Assembly: GCA_963827235.1 (NCBI GenBank)
Contig: CAWHAE010000012.1
Location: forward strand, 800,001 to 864,000
Direction of reading: 5' to 3'
DNA: 64,000 nucleotides
Origin: an uncultured bacterium
Lineage (GTDB): Bacteria; Chloroflexota; UBA5177; JANWHV01
This document shows, piece after piece, positions 28,336-38,426 of this stretch. Below the pieces are notes generated by a model. That model was not told the DNA's origin and made no database searches. It was given only the letters and a program-made list of their open reading frames with translations. A program made the translations under genes and the position numbers. The stretch's first letter is position 1. Every line of letters starts with the position of its first letter.

Positions 28336-29510
28336 CGTCGATGAGGAAAACCGGTATTCGGGAGATCGCCAGGCTCGCTAACGTGTCGCCGGGCACGGTG
28401 GACCGTGCCCTGCATGGGCGGCGCGGCATCACTCCGGAAACGCGAGCGCGAATCGTCGCCATCGCCGAGAGTATCGGCTACAGCCCGGATCTCGCGGCAC
28501 GCGCACTTTCTATCGGCCGTGCTCCAGTGCAGATCGGCATCTGCGTTCCGCGCGAGATTCACTACTACTTCGATCACCTGCTGCAGGGCATGCTGGTCGA
28601 GGCACGACGTTTTGAGCGGCTGGGCGTGCAGGTCATCAATAATCCGACGGAGCGGTTCGGCGTCGACGATACACGCAAGGTGAGAGAGCTGCTGGACGCC
28701 CGACCGCAAGCGCTGATTCTCGCCCCCGGGAGCCCGGAGGCGTTGACCCCCTTGATCGACGAGGCAGAGAAGGACGGTATTCGCGTGATTTGTGTCGACA
28801 CCGATGCGCCGTCGAGCAAGCGGTCGACGCTGGTTGCGGTGGATGCCGGCCTGGCAGGCCGGCTTGCCGCCGAGCTGATGTCTAGTCTGGTGGAGCGTGA
28901 CGCCTCCGTAGTAGTGATCACCGGCATGCTCGATCTGGAGAACCACGCGAGGACGGCCCGCAGCTTCGTGGCGTCGTACGCGGAGTACCAGCCCGGGAGT
29001 TCTCCGGTTGAGATTGTCGAAGCATTCGAGGACGAGGATGAGTCGTTCCGCAAGTGCTATGCCCTGCTCAACAGGCGGCCGACCATCGCCGGGATGTACG
29101 TGAACACGGCCAACAGCTTGCCTGTGTGCCGCGCCATAAGCGTGTGCGGTCTTTCGGGGAAAGTGCGACTAATCACCAGCGACGTGTTTCGCGACCTTGT
29201 ACCGTTCTTCGACAAGGGCACGGTATCGGCTGCCGTGCATGGGCGCCCGTTCGCGCTCGGCGAGACGGCGATGAGCCTGATTGTGGATCACCTTCTGAAT
29301 GGCAAGCCGCTACCGACGGCATACCACCTGATGCCGCAGGTGGTGCTACGCTCGAACTGCCGGTACTTTCGTGAGACTCGGCGACCTGATGAGGAACCGC
29401 TCGATCTGGATTCGACCATCGTCCCCACGGGCACGGCAAGCTCCCAAGCTACGACGCCGATGCTCACTTCCAGACGTCACCGCGATCCCGAGGGCACCCA
29501 CGTACAGTAG
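28332..29510 (+). CDS. LacI-family transcriptional regulator
   Basis: IREIARLANVSPGTVDRALHGR...Y.PDLAARAL, followed by a periplasmic-binding fold. Confidence 0.94.
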   Translation: MTSMRKTGIREIARLANVSPGTVDRALHGRRGITPETRARIVAIAESIGYSPDLAARALSIGRAPVQIGICVPREIHYYFDHLLQGMLVEARRFERLGVQVINNPTERFGVDDTRKVRELLDARPQALILAPGSPEALTPLIDEAEKDGIRVICVDTDAPSSKRSTLVAVDAGLAGRLAAELMSSLVERDASVVVITGMLDLENHARTARSFVASYAEYQPGSSPVEIVEAFEDEDESFRKCYALLNRRPTIAGMYVNTANSLPVCRAISVCGLSGKVRLITSDVFRDLVPFFDKGTVSAAVHGRPFALGETAMSLIVDHLLNGKPLPTAYHLMPQVVLRSNCRYFRETRRPDEEPLDLDSTIVPTGTASSQATTPMLTSRRHRDPEGTHVQ

Positions 29511-29733
29511 AACCCGGACGTCGCGACGACACCCGGCCACACGACGGGCGTCGTAGACGTGCAGCCGGCGCGGGCAGCCGGCCATGCCTCGCCATCGTGC
29601 GCCGTGCCGCTCGCACCCGGTGCTACGATAGTGGTGGTGCACGTCTACCGAGCTCAGGATTTCACGCTTCGCCCGTGGGTCCGTGCGGTTAAACCGCGTC
29701 ACCGGGGTCGGGCCTGGCAGCAGAGGAGTAGCC

Positions 29734-30801
29734 ATGGATTGCAGGTCCTTGCGGGCGGTCGTACTCTGTCTTTCGACGGTGCTGGTCGCGTCTTCTCCGT
29801 ATGCCTGCCGTGCCTCGGGTGCGCCTCACTCCGCCGCGACCGTGACCGAGCCTGTGTTCCCCCCCGCATCGGCGTTTGTGCTTCCATCGTCCGCAGCCGG
29901 AGGCGCGGTTACCGTGGTCGGTTTGCCGACCAGCGATCTCGGTTGGCCCGCGCCGCCGAAGTCAAGAAACGAATACGACATTGCCGGCCGGACCGCCGTC
30001 TACCGCATCAGCATCTTCTCGAGCGTCACCGACGCCAACGAATCATTCGACTGGCAGATGTCGAATGGCGCGGCGGGCCGGCAGTTTTTGACCGCGTCGC
30101 AGAAATACAGCTCCCGTGAACGCCTCTATGTAGTCGGCGGCTATCTGGTGTACGCCGTCCTTCTTCGCAACGTGGAGTTCGTGCCCAGCGCGCCGACCCA
30201 GAACGGCAGCGCCGACGCGACACAGGCTGTAGAAACGCTGATGCAATATCTCGTGCGCGCGCTGTCGTCCTACATGTCCCGGTCGTCGTCCACATCCACT
30301 ACCACGCCCAGCAGCACGGCCGCGCCCACGAACGGCACGGCAAGCAGGACGGACGCGCGCCTCGTCGCGCTTCGCGCCATGCTGGAGCCGCTGTTTCCCC
30401 TGTTCTGGACCTGCTCCGACGACCTGGACGCCTTCAGCTCATCTCTTCGAGGCTTGCGATCCAGGCCCAACACCACGCAGGACGTGCGCAATACCGCCCA
30501 GGCCGTGAGCGTGGACTGCGAGACCCTGGCGCGTGGTCTGCAGCGCTACGGCAGTACCCTCCCGGCCATACAAGCTGCCCTCCCCGAGCCGCTGAGGTCG
30601 AGCAGCACGGTGGCCGACCTAATCTGGCAACTGCGACGGTTCGTCACGGCATGCGTGGCGATCGCGGGCCAGATCGATCCTCTGCTGGACGGCACCCAGA
30701 GCGACACGAGGCCGCTCGAGACGGAGGTGGCAATCGCCGCCGACGCCAGGGCGCGCGTGATTGCCGACGTGCAGCAGCTCAAGAAGGCGTGGCACTATTA
30801 G
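29734..30801 (+). CDS. Secreted two-domain hypothetical protein
   Basis: GAGGAG RBS, signal peptide, central Ser/Thr linker SSSTSTTTPSST, helical C-terminal half. Confidence 0.65.
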   Translation: MDCRSLRAVVLCLSTVLVASSPYACRASGAPHSAATVTEPVFPPASAFVLPSSAAGGAVTVVGLPTSDLGWPAPPKSRNEYDIAGRTAVYRISIFSSVTDANESFDWQMSNGAAGRQFLTASQKYSSRERLYVVGGYLVYAVLLRNVEFVPSAPTQNGSADATQAVETLMQYLVRALSSYMSRSSSTSTTTPSSTAAPTNGTASRTDARLVALRAMLEPLFPLFWTCSDDLDAFSSSLRGLRSRPNTTQDVRNTAQAVSVDCETLARGLQRYGSTLPAIQAALPEPLRSSSTVADLIWQLRRFVTACVAIAGQIDPLLDGTQSDTRPLETEVAIAADARARVIADVQQLKKAWHY

Positions 30802-30851
30802 CGGTCTGCCGGCAGACCGCTAATAGTGCCACGCCTGCAACGCCGAGGGAG

Positions 30852-31619
30852 CTACCAGAGCGTGTAGCCGCCGTCGATCACGAGGGTAGATCCGGTCATG
30901 AAGCGCGAGGCATCGGAGGCCAGGTAGATCAGCGACGGCGCAATCTCCTCAGGCAGGGCATAGCGCTGCATCGGCGCGTCCTCTATCCAGTGGCGCCGGA
31001 ACTCAGGGCGGTCGACCGGTGCCATCGCCGTCTTCACGTATCCGGGGACCAGCGCGTTGACGCGCACGTTGAAGGGCGCCCACTCCGCCGCCAGGGACTT
31101 GGTGAGCTGATGCACTGCCGCTTTGGAGGCGTTGTACGCGGGCTGCATCTGCGGCCGGTTGACGATCAGGGCGGAGAGCGAGCCGATGTTGACGATCACG
31201 CCGCTGCGCCGCTCGACCATCTGGCGCCCCACCGTCTGAGCGCAATACCAGAGCCCGTGCACGTTGACGTCGAACACCTCGTGCCACTCCTCATCCGTGA
31301 CATCGAGGGCCGGCCGATGATAGCAGATGCCGGCGTTGTTCACGAGCACGTCGACCGGCCCCAGACGGTCGCTTACCTCCTGCAGCATATGCTCCACCTG
31401 TACCCGCTTCCGCACGTCCACGTCGACGGCAATAGCCGTGCCGGCTGCTGCTTCTATGGCCCGCACGACTGCTTCGCTGTGCTCGCGGTTTCGAGCCGCG
31501 ATCGCCACGCGCGCTCCTACCCTGGACAGGGCGTGGGCGAACGCTTCGCCGAGTCCCGTGTTGCCACCCGTGACAAGTGCGACTTTCCCCGGCAGTGCGA
31601 ACGATTCCAGTACGTCCAT
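30852..31619 (-). CDS. Short-chain dehydrogenase/reductase (polyol/sorbose reductase-like)
   Basis: TGGNTGLG, NNAG, YNASK, IVNRPQ.QPAYN. Confidence 0.93.
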   Translation of the reverse strand: MDVLESFALPGKVALVTGGNTGLGEAFAHALSRVGARVAIAARNREHSEAVVRAIEAAAGTAIAVDVDVRKRVQVEHMLQEVSDRLGPVDVLVNNAGICYHRPALDVTDEEWHEVFDVNVHGLWYCAQTVGRQMVERRSGVIVNIGSLSALIVNRPQMQPAYNASKAAVHQLTKSLAAEWAPFNVRVNALVPGYVKTAMAPVDRPEFRRHWIEDAPMQRYALPEEIAPSLIYLASDASRFMTGSTLVIDGGYTLW

Positions 31620-31655
31620 GCCCGTCTCCTAACCACCGCGATATCGCGGATAGCC

Positions 31656-32678
31656 TCAACCTCCACGCGCATCAGTGCGCGCGCTGCCGACCGACGCCAC
31701 GCTGACCGTAATCAGGGCCGCGATGCCGCGTGGCCCCAGTGCCTCGTGCAGGACTGCCGCGCCGATGATGGCGGCCACTGCGGGCTCAACGCTCATGAGC
31801 ACGCCGAACACCCGGGCCGGCAGCTGCTTGAGCGCAGCGTGCTCGAGCGAGAAGGGGATGACGGTCGAGAGCACGGCCACGCCGATACCGGCAAGCAGCA
31901 GGCGAGGATCGCTCACCGCGGGCCCCGCGCCGGCAACGCCGAGCGGCAGGGCTGCAACGCAGGCAACAACCATGGCTAGCGATAACCCATCGTGCCCGCT
32001 GAACTCTCTGCCGACCCACACGTTGAGCAGAATGTAGCCGGCCCACCCTCCGGCGGCCAACAACGCCAGGAACACGCCCACCGGATCAATGGAAGCACCG
32101 CCCCACGGCGTAAGCAGCGCGATGCCGGCTGCCGCCAGACCCGCCCATACGAGATCGATGCGCCTGCGCGAGCCGGCCACGGCAACACCCAGCGGTCCTA
32201 TGAACTCCAGCGTGACAGCGATGCCCAGTGGCAAGCGGGCGATCGCCGCGTAAAACGCGGCATTCATGGCCGCGACGGTCAGGCCAAAGAGCACTACCGA
32301 CGTGTAGGCAGATCGCGAATGACCGCGCAGTCTCGGCCGAACGAGGGCGAGCAGGAGGATGGCGGCGAACGTGATGCGAAGGAACACAGTGCCGCCGGCT
32401 CCCAGCTCGTGGAACAAGCTCTTGGCCAGAGCGGCGCCCAGCTGAACCGAGAATATGGACATCATCACCATGCCGCCCGGCGGCATGGCGCGCGCGAGCA
32501 CGCGCGGGCGCGCTCGAAGCCCTCGCACGGGCAGCAGTCTTGCGCGCGGAAGCACCTGCTCCTCTCTGCGTCCTGTCAATGCATGCGGCGAGATCATGGC
32601 AAGCCCAAGCGAACCGACGGTTGCCCGAGCACCGTTTCGTCCCCGGCAATTCGCCACGATAGTGCCTGCTTCTGCCAT
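31656..32678 (-). CDS. EamA/RhtA-like DMT transporter
   Basis: SVQLGAALAK, RLPLGIAVTLEFIGPL, FGVLMSVEPA; true start may be further downstream. Confidence 0.9.
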   Translation of the reverse strand: MAEAGTIVANCRGRNGARATVGSLGLAMISPHALTGRREEQVLPRARLLPVRGLRARPRVLARAMPPGGMVMMSIFSVQLGAALAKSLFHELGAGGTVFLRITFAAILLLALVRPRLRGHSRSAYTSVVLFGLTVAAMNAAFYAAIARLPLGIAVTLEFIGPLGVAVAGSRRRIDLVWAGLAAAGIALLTPWGGASIDPVGVFLALLAAGGWAGYILLNVWVGREFSGHDGLSLAMVVACVAALPLGVAGAGPAVSDPRLLLAGIGVAVLSTVIPFSLEHAALKQLPARVFGVLMSVEPAVAAIIGAAVLHEALGPRGIAALITVSVASVGSARTDARGG

Positions 32679-32726
32679 TCCCTTACCTCGCCTGCACGCA
32701 TTAGCACCGATACAGTCCCCCGCAGT

Positions 32727-35414
32727 CTACCGGTTCTGTGCCTGTCCGTCTCTTGCATCGGCGATCGCTTGCTCGAGTGGGAGCTTCTCTCCTTCCGCCC
32801 AGAATCGCGCCTGCTCGTCCGGGCCGGGTGCGCCATCGCCCCGTGCTTCGAGGCAGGCCATCAGATCTCGGCGGAGGTCGCTCGCCCGCTGGAGGGCGGG
32901 GTCCTGGAGGACCGCCACGGCTCCCGCCAGGCGAAAGGCACGATCGGCTCGACCACCGACGGCGGCGACACGTGCCAGGCCCTCAAGGGCTGCCAGCAGC
33001 ATCGGCCGGGAGCGCGTGGATTCTGCACGCGTCAGGCACTCAAGAAACGCAGATCGTGCGCGATCTGCCTGTCCCTGCCGCAGGCAGATATCGCCGAAGG
33101 CCTGCAGGCCCTGGAGCAACCACCATCCGTGGTAGTTGATCGATCGGTAGGTAGCCGCGCTCTCTTCGAGAAACGTCAACGCGCGATCGAGATCGCCCTG
33201 GGCGCGGGCTGCCATCGCGCATTGGGCCAGGCCGGCGGCAACACCGTACTGATCCCCCATGCCGCGGCTCTCGTCAGTGCTCACAGTGAAAGCGGCGAGC
33301 GCACCGGGAAAGTCCCGCTCCTGCAGCTTCACCATGCCGAGAATGAAGCTGCACATCCCCAGGGCAAAGCGGTCCATGTGCTCGGTGGCCAGTCGCAGGC
33401 CTTCTGTGGCTAGCAGCGCCGCGCGTTGCCGCTCGTCGTCCCGCCGCAAATCCATGGCCTTCGCCGCGTGCATGACCGCGCGCGCGATGGCCCTGTCATC
33501 TCCGACCTCCCGCATGAGCGCCAGCCCCTCCTCGACCGACGCCGCCTGCACGTTCACGTCGCCTCCGGTCATCGGGCGCTCGACCACACCCAGCAGGAGC
33601 AGCGCTTCGGCGAGCAGCTCGGTTCTGCCCAGGGCGCGTAGCGACTGCACCCCAAGCCTGATGAACTCCCGGGCCTGCCGTGCATCTTCGGAGAAATCCA
33701 GCAGCACTCCCAGCCCGACCCGGCACCAGGCCTGTTCTGCCGCCGTCCCGGCGCCACTTTCCAGCGCAAGGCGAAGCCAGTGCTCGCCCTCGGGCAGCCA
33801 GTGAAGCCGTCTCGGCCACACCCACCACACTGCCGAGACCAGGTGGACACCGAGACCCGCTTGAGCCTGCCCGCCTTCCTGTTCTCGCTCGGAGCCTGCC
33901 AGGCTCGTTCCCGTGCTTCCCAGGCTCCAGGTCATCACGGCGCGCAGGTTGTCCATCTCGGCGTCGAACACGCGAAGCCAGGTCGTCTCCTTAGGTCCGC
34001 ACCGGTTGGCGGCAGCCCGTTCTACAACCTCGAGGTAGTACGCGGCGTGGCAGCGCTGAACAGCTGAGCGATCGCCGTGCTCGCCCAGTCGTTCCCAGGC
34101 GTACTGCCTGAGCGTCTCCAGCAGGCGGTAGCGTACCTGCTCGCCCGTAGAATCGACCTGGACCAGCGAGGCATCGGCAAGCCGAGCCAGCAGATCGGCG
34201 AGCTGCCCGGATTCGATGGGGGGCGTGCCGCAAGTGCCTTCTGTGTCCTCCAGAGTAAACCAACCGGCGAACACCGCCAGCCGCAGCCACAGCACTCGCT
34301 CGCTCTGGGGCAGCATGACGTAGTCCCAGTCCACCATCGCGCGAAGCGTCCGGTGGTGAGTTGGCGCGCTCGTGCCGCTCGCCTGCAGCAGAACAAACCG
34401 CTTGTGCAGCCGGTCGGCAAGCACCTGTACTCCCAAGCTTGGCACTCGTGCCGCGGCCAGCTCGAGCGCGAGCGGCAGCCCGTCGAGCCAGGCGCAGATA
34501 CGGGCCACGGGCTCGGCGTTGGCCTCGGAGAGGACGAACTCGGGTTGCGCTGCCGCGGCGTGCTCCACGAAGAAGCGCACGGAATCGCACGCCGCCAGCT
34601 CTTCCGGCGGGGGAAGGGGGTCGAGCGACGGCAGTTCGAGAGGCGAGAGAGGGAAGCGGCGCTCACCGGGCGCGCCCAGCAGGTTGCGACTCGTGGCGAG
34701 GATCTGCAGGTAGGGACAGGCGCGCAGGAGGGCGACTGCCAGCTGCGCGCAGGCGTCTCGTAAATGCTCGCAGTTGTCGAGCACGAGCAATACCGTCCGC
34801 CCGCGAAGGGTGTCGACGAGCGTCTCAAGGAGACCGAGACCGCTGGGCTGAATAATGCCGAAAAGCTCGGCAGCGGCGTGAGGCACGAGGGCAGGATCTG
34901 GAAGAGCAGCAAGCTCGAGGAACCAGACACCGTCGTCGAAGCGGCTTTCCAAACTCGTCGCCACCTCCTGGGCGAGCCTGGTCTTGCCTACGCCCCCGGG
35001 CCCGGTGATCGTGAGCAGGCGTGCCCGCTGCAGGAGGTCGGCCACTCGATCCACGGTCGGTCTGCCGATGAACTCGTTGAGAGCCAGCGGTGGCTTCTGC
35101 CGCAAGGTAGGGCGACGGAGCCGTGTCTCCAAGCTCTGAAGGTACTCGGTGCCGCCGGACAGCGCTTCGTTCGGCCGGCGCGGTGCCGAGTCGGCAGCCG
35201 TCAGCAACGTCTCACGCTCCGCCCCGGTAAGGCCAAGAGCGGCTGCCAGCCGGCGCGCCGTTTCTCGGTACGGCCGGTGGGCACCATGCTCGAGAGCGCG
35301 GACAGTCCGTTTGCTGATCCCTGCTCTCGCGGCCAGCATCTCCTGCGTCATCGAGGCTGCCAGGCGGTGACTCCTCAGCAGAATCCCGAAGGAATCAGCA
35401 ACGTTCGCACTCAT
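32727..35414 (-). CDS. XRE-HTH + NB-ARC/STAND ATPase + TPR regulator
   Basis: N-terminal FG.LLR.HRLAA.MTQE.LA.RAGIS; Walker A GPGGVGKT; Walker B LLVLDNCEH; LDGLPLALELAAAR; TPR-like C-terminus. Confidence 0.9.
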   Translation of the reverse strand: MSANVADSFGILLRSHRLAASMTQEMLAARAGISKRTVRALEHGAHRPYRETARRLAAALGLTGAERETLLTAADSAPRRPNEALSGGTEYLQSLETRLRRPTLRQKPPLALNEFIGRPTVDRVADLLQRARLLTITGPGGVGKTRLAQEVATSLESRFDDGVWFLELAALPDPALVPHAAAELFGIIQPSGLGLLETLVDTLRGRTVLLVLDNCEHLRDACAQLAVALLRACPYLQILATSRNLLGAPGERRFPLSPLELPSLDPLPPPEELAACDSVRFFVEHAAAAQPEFVLSEANAEPVARICAWLDGLPLALELAAARVPSLGVQVLADRLHKRFVLLQASGTSAPTHHRTLRAMVDWDYVMLPQSERVLWLRLAVFAGWFTLEDTEGTCGTPPIESGQLADLLARLADASLVQVDSTGEQVRYRLLETLRQYAWERLGEHGDRSAVQRCHAAYYLEVVERAAANRCGPKETTWLRVFDAEMDNLRAVMTWSLGSTGTSLAGSEREQEGGQAQAGLGVHLVSAVWWVWPRRLHWLPEGEHWLRLALESGAGTAAEQAWCRVGLGVLLDFSEDARQAREFIRLGVQSLRALGRTELLAEALLLLGVVERPMTGGDVNVQAASVEEGLALMREVGDDRAIARAVMHAAKAMDLRRDDERQRAALLATEGLRLATEHMDRFALGMCSFILGMVKLQERDFPGALAAFTVSTDESRGMGDQYGVAAGLAQCAMAARAQGDLDRALTFLEESAATYRSINYHGWWLLQGLQAFGDICLRQGQADRARSAFLECLTRAESTRSRPMLLAALEGLARVAAVGGRADRAFRLAGAVAVLQDPALQRASDLRRDLMACLEARGDGAPGPDEQARFWAEGEKLPLEQAIADARDGQAQNR

Positions 35415-35848
35415 ACCGCTCCCTACACCACGCAAGCACCGACCGGCATCGTGCCGTTGAGTCTGGCGTCTGTCATCGAGCAGGACCCGCCAGGACCGCG
35501 TTCGCACTGCCTGATCACGCGTGTCGCCGGCCGGGTCGCTCATTCGCACTGCTCAGTAATTCTATCCGCATGCAACGCCTGCCGGCGCGGACCGCTGGCG
35601 CCCGACCTGCTGCCGGCGCCAGTCAAGTCTGCCGCTAACTTTGCCCCTTGATCTGCCTCTCTGCTATGTCGCCTCATCCGTCGCGTGCCGACAACTAGAG
35701 TGGCAGCCGGCGATTCGGTTGCCAGGCTCGATGTACCTGCCGTACGGAGCTGGTGACACGGCGGCGACGGCGGCTGGATATTGGCCACGGTGCCGACGTT
35801 CATTCGAGGCAGGTGTCGCGTACCGGCCTCGATGGAAACGGGTAACCT

Positions 35849-37636
35849 ATGCGCTTTGCCTTGCACGTGTTCCGGTCGCCGCGGCTAATCCTGCAGATTC
35901 TGCTCTTGATGGCGCTCGCCGCCTTGATCGGCGGCGCCGGGCTGAGCGGTCTGACCGAGGCGCGTTCCACGCTGCACGACATCTCTTCCACGCAGCTTCC
36001 CGGGCTGGTGCATCTGCTTGACGCCGAACGCGAGATAACCCAGGCCGACAGCTACGGCTATCAAGCCTTGCTGTACGCCGACCCGGCTAAGCCCAACGTG
36101 CCGGCACAGATACCGCAGATCATGTCCCTGGTACGGCAATCCTGGCAGAACTATCAGGAGTTCAAGGCATCCGGACCCCATCCGGCAGCTCAAGCCGCGC
36201 TGGAGGCGCGTGTCGACTCCGACTTCTCGGTGTTGTTGCTGGCGGCAGGTCTCATGGAGCCACTTGGGCGAGCGCGGCTCAGCAGCGCCACCGGCAGCCG
36301 GCTTCTGCAGCGAGCCGACGCCCAGATCATCGCGCCGCTGCAAGAGGCGCTGACCCAGCTTGCCCGGCGCGACGAAGCTGACGTGACGGCCGGGGGTGCT
36401 GCCTCGGCGAATTCCGTCGCCACCTCTGCCGCTCTGTTGGCGGGCGTGATCCTGGCTACACTCGCCATGGCATGCATCTTCCAGATCGCAATCGACGTGC
36501 ATGGGCACCGCCGTCGCGTGCTGGCGCAGCAGAGTGCCGACCTGGTGCTCATCCTGAACGGCCAGGGTATCCTTCGCTACGTAGGCGATCCGATTCAGCG
36601 CGTGCTTGGCTATGTGCCCGCAGCCGAAGTAGGACGGTCGATCCTTGAGTTCCTGCATCCGGACGACGTCGCCACGGCCGCGGCGAACCTGCGGCAGCTT
36701 GCCCAGTCGCCGGACGGAACTCGGCATGACACGCTCCGTGTCCGCCACGCCGATGGCTCCACGCGCTGGTTGGACGTGGTAGCCATGAGCCGCGTGCGGG
36801 ACCCCCTCCTGCGTGGCATCGTGATCACGGCGCGCGACATCACCGAGCGGCAGGAGGCCGAGCACGCCCTGGCCTTCCAAGCCCAGCATGACCCGCTAAC
36901 CGGCTTGCCCAACCGGCTCTTGCTCGGCCAGGGGCTGGAGCAGGCGGTGACGGCAGCAGACGGTGGGCGAGCCGCCCTCCTGCTGCTGGACCTGGACCGC
37001 TTCAAAGAGATCAACGATACGCTCGGGCACGGTGTGGGCGACGCGGTGTTGCAGCAGGTGGCCCAGCGCCTGCAGGCCAGGGTGCGGGAAGGGGACCTGG
37101 TGGCGCGCCTGGGCGGCGATGAGTTCGCCATCGTGCTGCCCGGCGTGGGGGAGGAGGCGGTCCAGGGCCTAGCAGGACGCCTGTACGCGGCCCTGGAAGC
37201 GCCGATCGGGGTCGGCGGCCACGCCGTGGATATCGACGCCAGCATCGGCATCGCCCTCTTCCCCGCGCACGGCGAGGATGCCGAGTCGCTGCTCCAGCAT
37301 GCCGACGTGGCCATGTATGAAGCAAAGCGCCTGCACCAGGCAGCCGTCGTGTACAGCGCCGCCTTCGACCAGAACAGCCGGGACCGCCTGGAGCTGCTGG
37401 CGGAGCTACGGCAGGCGCGCAAGGAAGGCCAACTCCTGCTGCACTACCAGCCCAAAGTCGACCTGGCGAGCGGGGCCTTGTGCGGAGAGTACTGGCCTTC
37501 GCCTCGTGAAGTCCCTATGATGAAGCAGAAGCGAGCGCAGGGACCGCGTGGATCGGTCGGCGCGCGCCCAAGGGTGACCGGCCGCGGTGAGGCGATCTCG
37601 CCCCGGCGCACCACGGGGCCGGGCCTGCACGCATAG
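35849..37636 (+). CDS. Membrane sensor-PAS-GGDEF diguanylate cyclase with truncated EAL domain
   Basis: Two TMs around a four-helix-type sensor, PAS, HDPLTGLPNR, DLDRFKEIND.LGH..GD, RxxD I-site (REGD), GGDEF; the EAL domain breaks off after LHYQPKVDLASG. Confidence 0.88.
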   Translation: MRFALHVFRSPRLILQILLLMALAALIGGAGLSGLTEARSTLHDISSTQLPGLVHLLDAEREITQADSYGYQALLYADPAKPNVPAQIPQIMSLVRQSWQNYQEFKASGPHPAAQAALEARVDSDFSVLLLAAGLMEPLGRARLSSATGSRLLQRADAQIIAPLQEALTQLARRDEADVTAGGAASANSVATSAALLAGVILATLAMACIFQIAIDVHGHRRRVLAQQSADLVLILNGQGILRYVGDPIQRVLGYVPAAEVGRSILEFLHPDDVATAAANLRQLAQSPDGTRHDTLRVRHADGSTRWLDVVAMSRVRDPLLRGIVITARDITERQEAEHALAFQAQHDPLTGLPNRLLLGQGLEQAVTAADGGRAALLLLDLDRFKEINDTLGHGVGDAVLQQVAQRLQARVREGDLVARLGGDEFAIVLPGVGEEAVQGLAGRLYAALEAPIGVGGHAVDIDASIGIALFPAHGEDAESLLQHADVAMYEAKRLHQAAVVYSAAFDQNSRDRLELLAELRQARKEGQLLLHYQPKVDLASGALCGEYWPSPREVPMMKQKRAQGPRGSVGARPRVTGRGEAISPRRTTGPGLHA

Positions 37637-37654
37637 TAGGAGGAGTACAATCCG

Positions 37655-38170
37655 ATGAATGCAGCCGTACAAGCAGCTCTCAACCGGCAAATCAAGCACG
37701 AGCTGGCGTCGGCCTATTTCTACCTGTCCGCCTCCGGATATTGCGAGTCGATCAGCCTGGTCGGATTCGCTCAGTGGCTGCGCCAGCAGAGCCAGGAGGA
37801 GCTCGGCCACGCCATGCGCATCTTCGACTTCATGAACGACCGCGGCAGCCGGGCCGAGCTGCAGGCGCTGGACCAACCGGGGCGCGACTTCACCTCGGCT
37901 CTCGACGCCTTCACCCAGGCTCTGCAGCACGAGAGAGCCGTCACGGCATCCATCAACGAGATCTACGCGCTGGCTATCCGCGAACAGGACTTCGCGGCGC
38001 AGATGCTGCTGCAGTGGTTCGTGACGGAGCAGGTCGAAGAGGAGAAGAACGTCGGCCAGATCGTGGAAGAGCTGAAGATGGTGGGCGACAATACAAGCGC
38101 CTTGCTCATGCTGCAGCGCGAGCTGGGCTCGCGGAGATCCGCCGCGCCGGCGCCCGCGCCGGCGGGCTGA
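37655..38170 (+). CDS. ftnA: Non-heme ferritin
   Basis: ALNRQIKHE..SAY.Y, EE.GHAMR, HE..VT..I, LQWFVTEQVEEE ferroxidase motifs; AGGAGG RBS. Confidence 0.93.
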   Translation: MNAAVQAALNRQIKHELASAYFYLSASGYCESISLVGFAQWLRQQSQEELGHAMRIFDFMNDRGSRAELQALDQPGRDFTSALDAFTQALQHERAVTASINEIYALAIREQDFAAQMLLQWFVTEQVEEEKNVGQIVEELKMVGDNTSALLMLQRELGSRRSAAPAPAPAG

Positions 38171-38426
38171 ATCGCGGCGGCGACACGGGGCGTGACTCAC
38201 ATGGTCGATCTCAGCGCGTCGCTTGGTCCGGCGCGAGCGCACCGCGAGCCGGCAACGCGCTGAGATCGGGCCCTTACCCGCACGGTGGCCCGGCGAACAG
38301 GGGCAGTCGACAACGCACGGGACCGGCCTGTTCGCCGGGCGCAGCGGTACGATTGGTCCCCAATCCTCAGCGCGACGGCGGTCGGCCGGGAGAGTTCTGC
38401 CCGCCGGAGCCGACCTCAGTCGCGAG

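Noticed and set aside
35650-35848. Hairpins upstream of the diguanylate cyclase as a possible c-di-GMP riboswitch
   Set aside because: Consensus elements of class I or II c-di-GMP aptamers were not found; the stems are explainable by GC content.
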